Source of the DNA: Alphaproteobacteria bacterium
GTDB taxonomy: Bacteria; Pseudomonadota; Alphaproteobacteria; SPJN01
NCBI GenBank assembly: GCA_965227065.1
Contig: CBDDFN010000020.1
Location: 411,471 to 475,470, forward strand
Reading direction: 5' to 3'
Length of the DNA: 64,000 nucleotides
Within the stretch, counting starts at the first letter, position 1. Each line of letters opens with the position of its first letter. This document shows positions 58,350 to 64,000 of the stretch, one piece after another. The position numbers and the translations under genes were made by a program. The notes beneath the pieces are model-generated. The model was given only the letters and a program-made list of their open reading frames with translations, was not told the DNA's origin and ran no database searches.

Positions 58350-59786
58350 ATGGCTTATCTGACGAAGAAATCCCGGCCGGTGCAGGCGCTGGGTATTATG
58401 GGTGCGGCCCTGTTGTGGACCGCTCCGGCGAGCGCGGACATGACGCTCGATGAGGTTCTGGCGATCGCCTATACCAACAATCCGACCATTCAGGCCCAGC
58501 GGGAGCAGGTGCGTTCTGCCGATGAGCAGATCGCCGAAGCGTTTGCAAGCTTCCTGCCCAGCGTTGAGGTGACCGGTACGATCACCAAAGCGTGGACCCA
58601 CAACAGCAAGGGCAAAATCAAAACCGGTGATTTTGGTTTTCCCGGCTTCAACATTCCGATCCCGAGCTCGGATTCAGAAAGCAATCCCCGCGCGCTGACC
58701 ACCACGATTGATCAGCCGATCTTTACCGGCGGCCGCAATATCAACGCGATGAAACAGGTGCGCGCCTCGGTGCAGGGCAATCGTGCGCAGCTGACCGATG
58801 TTGAGCAGCAGATTTTCTTGCAGACGGTCGCAGCCTATATGGACGTGATCGCCAACCAGTCGGTTGTTGAGCTCAATGAAAACAATGTCAAAGTGCTTGA
58901 CCAGCAGCGCACGGCGACGCAAGACCGCTTTGATGTCGGCGAATTGACCCGGACCGACGTGGCCCAGGCCGAAGCCCGACTGTCGGGTGTGCAATCACGC
59001 CTGATCGCCGCTGAAGCGGATCTGCGCGGTGCAGAGGCTGCGCTGGCCAAGCTGATTGGTGCCGAAGTGGATGCGCTCACCGATCCGGCCACCTTGCCCG
59101 CGACCCCTGAAACAGAAGACACCGCCCAGGAGCTGGCGCGCGATCTGTCGCCGCAAGTTATTGCCGCCCGTGCTTTCGCCGAAGCGGCTAAAAGCGCCAT
59201 CAAGGTGGCGGGCGGCGAATGGCTGCCCACCGTGTCGGTGCGCGCGCAGCTTGAATATTCGCGGGACACTTCCGCGCTTTCGAGCATTTTCAACCAGACG
59301 ACTTGGACGCGCTCTGTGTCGGGTGTGCTGAACTGGAAGTTCTTCCAGGGCGGCGCGGTCCTGTCGCGGATGCGTCAGGCGCAGTTTGATGCCGCCCGCG
59401 CGCGCACCCAGATTTCGGAAGCCGAACGCGCGTCAGCCGAAGCGGTCACCAATGCCTGGACCGGCCTGAAAGCCGCCAAAGCAACCATCCGCGCGTCGCA
59501 AGCGGCTGTGGACGCCAACGAAATCGCGCTTGAAGGTGTGCGTCAGGAAGCCGATGTCGGGGCCCGGACCACGCTGGATGTGCTTGATGCCGAGCAGGAA
59601 TTGCTGGATTCGCGCGTGACACTCGTTCAGGCGCGCCGCAACGAAGTTGTGGCCACCTATCAGCTTCTGGCCGCGACCGGCCAGCTGACGGCCGGATATC
59701 TTGATCTGCCGGTTGAGCAGGCGGTTGTCACCAATCGCGCCGATGGCCTGTTCAACTTCTCGTCTGCGTCAGACGCAAGCGAGTAA
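58350..59786 (+). CDS. tolC: TolC family outer membrane channel
   Basis: AY.NNP, QPIF.GG, RFDVGELTRTDVAQAEARL, GARTTLDVLDAEQEL. Confidence 0.92.
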   Translation: MAYLTKKSRPVQALGIMGAALLWTAPASADMTLDEVLAIAYTNNPTIQAQREQVRSADEQIAEAFASFLPSVEVTGTITKAWTHNSKGKIKTGDFGFPGFNIPIPSSDSESNPRALTTTIDQPIFTGGRNINAMKQVRASVQGNRAQLTDVEQQIFLQTVAAYMDVIANQSVVELNENNVKVLDQQRTATQDRFDVGELTRTDVAQAEARLSGVQSRLIAAEADLRGAEAALAKLIGAEVDALTDPATLPATPETEDTAQELARDLSPQVIAARAFAEAAKSAIKVAGGEWLPTVSVRAQLEYSRDTSALSSIFNQTTWTRSVSGVLNWKFFQGGAVLSRMRQAQFDAARARTQISEAERASAEAVTNAWTGLKAAKATIRASQAAVDANEIALEGVRQEADVGARTTLDVLDAEQELLDSRVTLVQARRNEVVATYQLLAATGQLTAGYLDLPVEQAVVTNRADGLFNFSSASDASE

Positions 59787-59794
59787 AGCCCGCC

Positions 59795-60421
59795 ATGAGC
59801 ACCGAGCCCGAGGCCAGCGTCGAAGACATTCTCGCGTCGATCCGCAAGATCATCGCGGAGGATGACGCGCGCGAGGCTGGCCAGCAATCCGGGCCCGATG
59901 CTCACGCGCCTCAGGCCGATGGTGCGCCCGGGCACGCCAATGGGGGCGAGGCGGAGATGGAACCGTCAGCTCCGCAGGGGCGGCCGTCTGATTTTCAGGC
60001 GAGTGCCCCGCCACCACCTTTGCCGCGCTCCAACGGGGATGTGCTGACACTGACGCGCATGGTTCGCGACGATGGATCGATTGAGGAGCTGGCCGCTCAG
60101 AAGGTGGACCAATCGCCTGTCGATGAGACCGGACAGGTTGAAGAGGCGTTGGGCTATGTCGAACAGGCCGCCCCGGCGTCTGAAGACATCGCCAATGATT
60201 TCAATGACGGGCTGATTGATCCTGATGCGGCGCAGTCGGTCACTGTTTCCTTTGCGAGCCTTGAGGCGGCCATGGCCGATCAGCTGGGTGCCGATGTCGG
60301 CAACGACCAGATTGAACTGATTGCCCGGCCGATGATTAAAGACTGGCTCGACGCCAATCTGCCCGGGCTGGTAGAACGCGTCGTACGCGAAGAAGTTGAA
60401 CGCCTGGCGCGCCGCCGTTAA
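59795..60421 (+). CDS. popZ: Polar organizing protein PopZ (DUF2497)
   Basis: N-terminal EDILASIRKIIAED, P/E/D-rich linker, C-terminal RPMIKDWLDANLP.LVE..VREE. Confidence 0.9.
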   Translation: MSTEPEASVEDILASIRKIIAEDDAREAGQQSGPDAHAPQADGAPGHANGGEAEMEPSAPQGRPSDFQASAPPPPLPRSNGDVLTLTRMVRDDGSIEELAAQKVDQSPVDETGQVEEALGYVEQAAPASEDIANDFNDGLIDPDAAQSVTVSFASLEAAMADQLGADVGNDQIELIARPMIKDWLDANLPGLVERVVREEVERLARRR

Positions 60422-60498
60422 ACCCTTATCCAACCTTTTCCACGTGGCGCGCTTCTCAGCACAGAATGCGCGAGTTCCACCCTATTTGAGTGACTGCA

Positions 60499-63164
60499 AT
60501 GCTTGAAAAAACTTTCGATCCGGCCGGTGTTGAAGAACGGCTTTATGACGCCTGGGAAGAGGCGGGGGCCTTCAAGGCCGGCGCTGGTGCCGATGCGGGG
60601 GCTGAGACCTATTCGATCGTCATTCCTCCGCCCAATGTCACCGGCTCGCTTCATATGGGCCATGCGCTCAACAATACGCTTCAGGATGTGCTGATCCGTT
60701 ACAATCGTATGTTGGGCAAGGATGTGTTGTGGCAGCCGGGTATGGACCATGCCGGCATCGCGACCCAGATGGTCGTGGAACGCAATCTGGCCCAACAGGG
60801 CGGGCCGGGCCGTCGTGATATGGGGGCGTGAAAAGTTTCTTGAGACCGTGTGGGAATGGAAGGCTGAGTCGGGCGGTACCATCACCCGGCAATTGCGCCG
60901 TCTGGGTGCCAGTTGCGACTGGAGCCGTGAACGCTTCACCATGGATGAAGGGCTGTCCGAAGCGGTTTTGAAAGTCTTTGTCGAGCTTTACCGGCAAGGG
61001 CTGATCTATCGTGACAAGCGGCTGGTCAATTGGGACCCCAAGCTGCTCACTGCGATTTCCGATCTTGAAGTGGTCAATAAGGAAGTGCAGGGCCGGATGT
61101 GGCACTTCCGCTATCCGCTGACCGACGGCTCGGGCCACATCGTGGTGGCCACCACCCGGCCTGAAACGATGCTGGGTGACAGCGCGGTCGCCGTTCACCC
61201 TGAAGATGAGCGCTACAAGGCGCTGATCGGCAAGACCGTCACCCTGCCGCTGGTCGGCCGGGAGATTCCCATTGTGGGCGATGAGTATGCCGATCCCGAA
61301 CAGGGCTCCGGCGCGGTCAAAATCACGCCCGCCCATGACTTTAATGACTTTGAAGTCGGCAAGCGGCACGATCTGCCCCCAGATCAATATTTTTGACGAG
61401 CATGCCCATCTGAATGATGAGGTGCCTGAGGACTATCGCGGGCTGGAGCGGTTTGAAGCCCGCCGCCGCGTGGTCACCGAAATTGAGGCGCTGGGACTGC
61501 TTGAAAAAATTGATGAGCATACGCTGCAAGTGCCCTATGGCGACCGTTCCGACGTCGTCATTGAGCCCTGGCTGACCGATCAATGGTATGTCGATGCCGA
61601 GACGCTCGCCAAACAGGCGATCACCGCGGTTGAGGATGGCACCACCGCCTTTGTTCCCAAAAACTGGGAGAAGACTTATTTTGAATGGATGCGCAACATC
61701 CAGCCCTGGTGCGTGTCGCGCCAGCTGTGGTGGGGGCATCAAATTCCCGCCTGGTATGGCCCCGATGGCGAAGTCTTCGTTGCCTACACCGAAGACGAGG
61801 CGCGCGCCGAAGCGGAAAAGACGCTGGGCGCGGGGGTTGCGCTGACGCGCGATGACGATGTGCTCGACACCTGGTTTTCATCGGCTCTGTGGCCTTTTTC
61901 AACACTTGGCTGGCCTGATGAGACCGAAGAACTCAAACGTTACTATCCGACTTCGGTTCTGGTGACGGGCTTTGACATTATCTTTTTCTGGGTCGCCCGC
62001 ATGATGATGCAGGGCCTGCACTTCATGGACGAAAAGCCCTTCGACACGGTCTATGTCCACGCGCTGGTGCGCGATGCGCAGGGCCAGAAAATGTCGAAGT
62101 CCAAAGGCAATATCATTGACCCCTTGGAACTGATCGGTGAGTTCGGCGCCGATGCGCTGCGTTTCACCCTGACGGCGATGGCAGCCCAGGGCCGCGACAT
62201 CAAATTGTCGGGCGAGCGCGTGGCGGGCTACCGCAATTTCGGCACCAAATTGTGGAACGCTGCCCGCTTCTGCGAGATGAATGAATGCAACCCGGTTGAC
62301 GGTTTTGACCCGGCATCCGCGCAAGAGCCGGTCAACCGCTGGATTGCCGCCGAGCTGAAACAGGCGGCGGCGACCGTGGCGCAAGGCATTGAAGCCTTCA
62401 AGTTCGACGAAGCAGCCGGTGGCATTTACCGCTTTGTGTGGAATATTTTCTGTGACTGGTATCTCGAATTCGCCAAACCGCTTTTGAATGGCGAGGATGA
62501 AGCCGCCAAGGCCGAAACCCGGGCCATGGCCGCTTATGTGCTTGATCAGATCCTCAAGGTTCTGCACCCGGTGATGCCCTTCCTGACCGAAGAGCTGTGG
62601 CAGCAGATCGGCATGCGTACAGGCGGGCGCGATCAGCTGTTGATCCTGACCCGCTGGCCTGAACTGGCTTATGAGACCGATGAAACCGCGCGCAGCGAAA
62701 TGGACTGGGTGATCCGGCTGGTGAGTGAAATCCGCTCGGTCCGCTCGGAAATGAATGTCCCGGCGGGCGCGCAAGTGCCCTTGATGATCAAGGACGCGGC
62801 CGCCGCGACACAGCAGGCCGCGCAAAAGCACGCGCCCCTGATTGAGCGGTTGGCTCGTGTCAAGGACATCAGCTTCACCGACACCGATGTCAAAGGCGCA
62901 ATTCAGACCGTGGTGGACGAGGCGGTCTTGTTCCTGCCGCTGGCGGGCATTATGGACCTAGATGCCGAACGCGCCCGGCTGGAAAAAGAAATCGACAAGC
63001 TTGATGGTCTGGTCAAACGGATCGACGGCAAACTCGCCAATGAGAAATTCACCGCCAACGCCCCGGCCGAGGTGGTTGAAAAAGAACGTGAAAAGAAAGA
63101 CGACTTGCTGCGCACCCGCGAGAAACTGGCCGACGCCTTGACGCGTCTCAGTTCAGCAGCGTGA
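60499..63164 (+). CDS. valS: Valine--tRNA ligase, interrupted by two +1 frameshifts (likely sequencing errors)
   Basis: [43 protein letters not shown]; extra G in 60822-60826 and extra C in 61376-61380. Confidence 0.93.
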
Positions 63165-63179
63165 GGAGAGGACTGAGCC

Positions 63180-64000
63180 ATGGATAAGAAGACTTTCGAC
63201 AAATCTCATCTGCCGAGCCGTCATGTTTCGGTCGGCCCCAAAAGCGCGCCGCACCGCTCTTACTATTATGCCATGGGCATGACCGAGGAAGAGATTGAGC
63301 GTCCCTTTGTCGGCGTCGTGTCGGCCTGGAACGAAGCCGCGCCGTGCAACATTGCACTGATGCGTCAGGCTCAAAGCGCCAAAAAAGGCGTCACGCAAGG
63401 CGGCGCGACCCCGCGTGAGTTCTGCACCATCACGGTCACTGACGGCATCGCCATGGGCCATGAGGGGATGAAAAGCTCGCTTGTCAGTCGCGAAGTCATC
63501 GCCGATTCCATCGAGCTGACCGTGCGCGGCCATTGCTATGACGCGCTGGTTGGGCTGGCCGGGTGCGACAAGAGCCTGCCGGGCATGATGATGGCGATGC
63601 TGCGCCTCAATGTGCCGTCGGTTTTCATGTATGGCGGCTCGATCCTGCCGGGCCACTATAAGGGCCGCGACCTGACGGTTCAGGATGTGTTTGAAGCGGT
63701 CGGCCAGCATTCGGCGGGCAATATGGATGATGAAGAGCTGCACGCCATTGAATGTGTCGCGTGTCCGTCAGCGGGCGCATGCGGCGGGCAGTTCACCGCC
63801 AACACCATGGCGTGCGTGTCCGAAGCGATTGGCCTTGCGCTGCCCAACAGTTCGGGCGCCCCGGCACCTTATGAGGATCGCGACGCCTATGCGGTCGCCT
63901 CGGGTGAGGCGGTGGCGCGGCTGATCGCCGACAATATCCGCCCGCGCGATATTGTGACCCGCAAGGCGCTTGAGAATGCCGCCGTGGTGGTTGCCGCCAC
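63180..64000 (+). CDS. ilvD: Dihydroxy-acid dehydratase (3' truncated by window)
   Basis: LPSRHV..GP..APHRSYYYAMG, PCN, DGIAMGH.GM..SL.SRE, GCDKSLPG, GACGGQFTANTM. Confidence 0.95.
   Translation, partial: MDKKTFDKSHLPSRHVSVGPKSAPHRSYYYAMGMTEEEIERPFVGVVSAWNEAAPCNIALMRQAQSAKKGVTQGGATPREFCTITVTDGIAMGHEGMKSSLVSREVIADSIELTVRGHCYDALVGLAGCDKSLPGMMMAMLRLNVPSVFMYGGSILPGHYKGRDLTVQDVFEAVGQHSAGNMDDEELHAIECVACPSAGACGGQFTANTMACVSEAIGLALPNSSGAPAPYEDRDAYAVASGEAVARLIADNIRPRDIVTRKALENAAVVVAA

Noticed and set aside
1-64000. CRISPR arrays, rRNA, transposases, integrases and prophage genes
   Set aside because: None seen in the sequence or the ORF track

Overview
High-GC (roughly 60-63% by eye) alphaproteobacterial chromosome segment; the pcm-tolC-popZ-valS, alaC-hom-glpX-recJ and metC-aapJQMP-sseA-cysK gene orders point to that class. 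Mostly housekeeping, with four tRNAs (Pro-TGG, Arg-TCT, Asn-GTT, Cys-GCA). Accessory content: a motif-complete halohydrin dehalogenase; a MrpA-less Mrp antiporter operon followed by sufS-sufU; a duplicated tRNA-Arg 3' end; a polyprenyl-phospho-arabinose (UbiA/DprE1/DprE2-like) cluster; a GIY-YIG nuclease next to a REP-like palindrome; and a five-gene ATP-grasp/alpha-E/transglutaminase operon with no Anbu protease in the window. The best candidate for an undescribed system is a lower-GC, translationally coupled four-gene operon at the 3' end of tRNA-Asn (52095-55798). It encodes a small membrane protein, a sodium:solute symporter, a 2TM protein fused to a LivJ-like ligand-binding fold, and an NDT/DNPH1-like N-glycosidase. 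valS has two +1 homopolymer frameshifts, probably sequencing errors. All calls come from reading motifs by eye; no searches were run.
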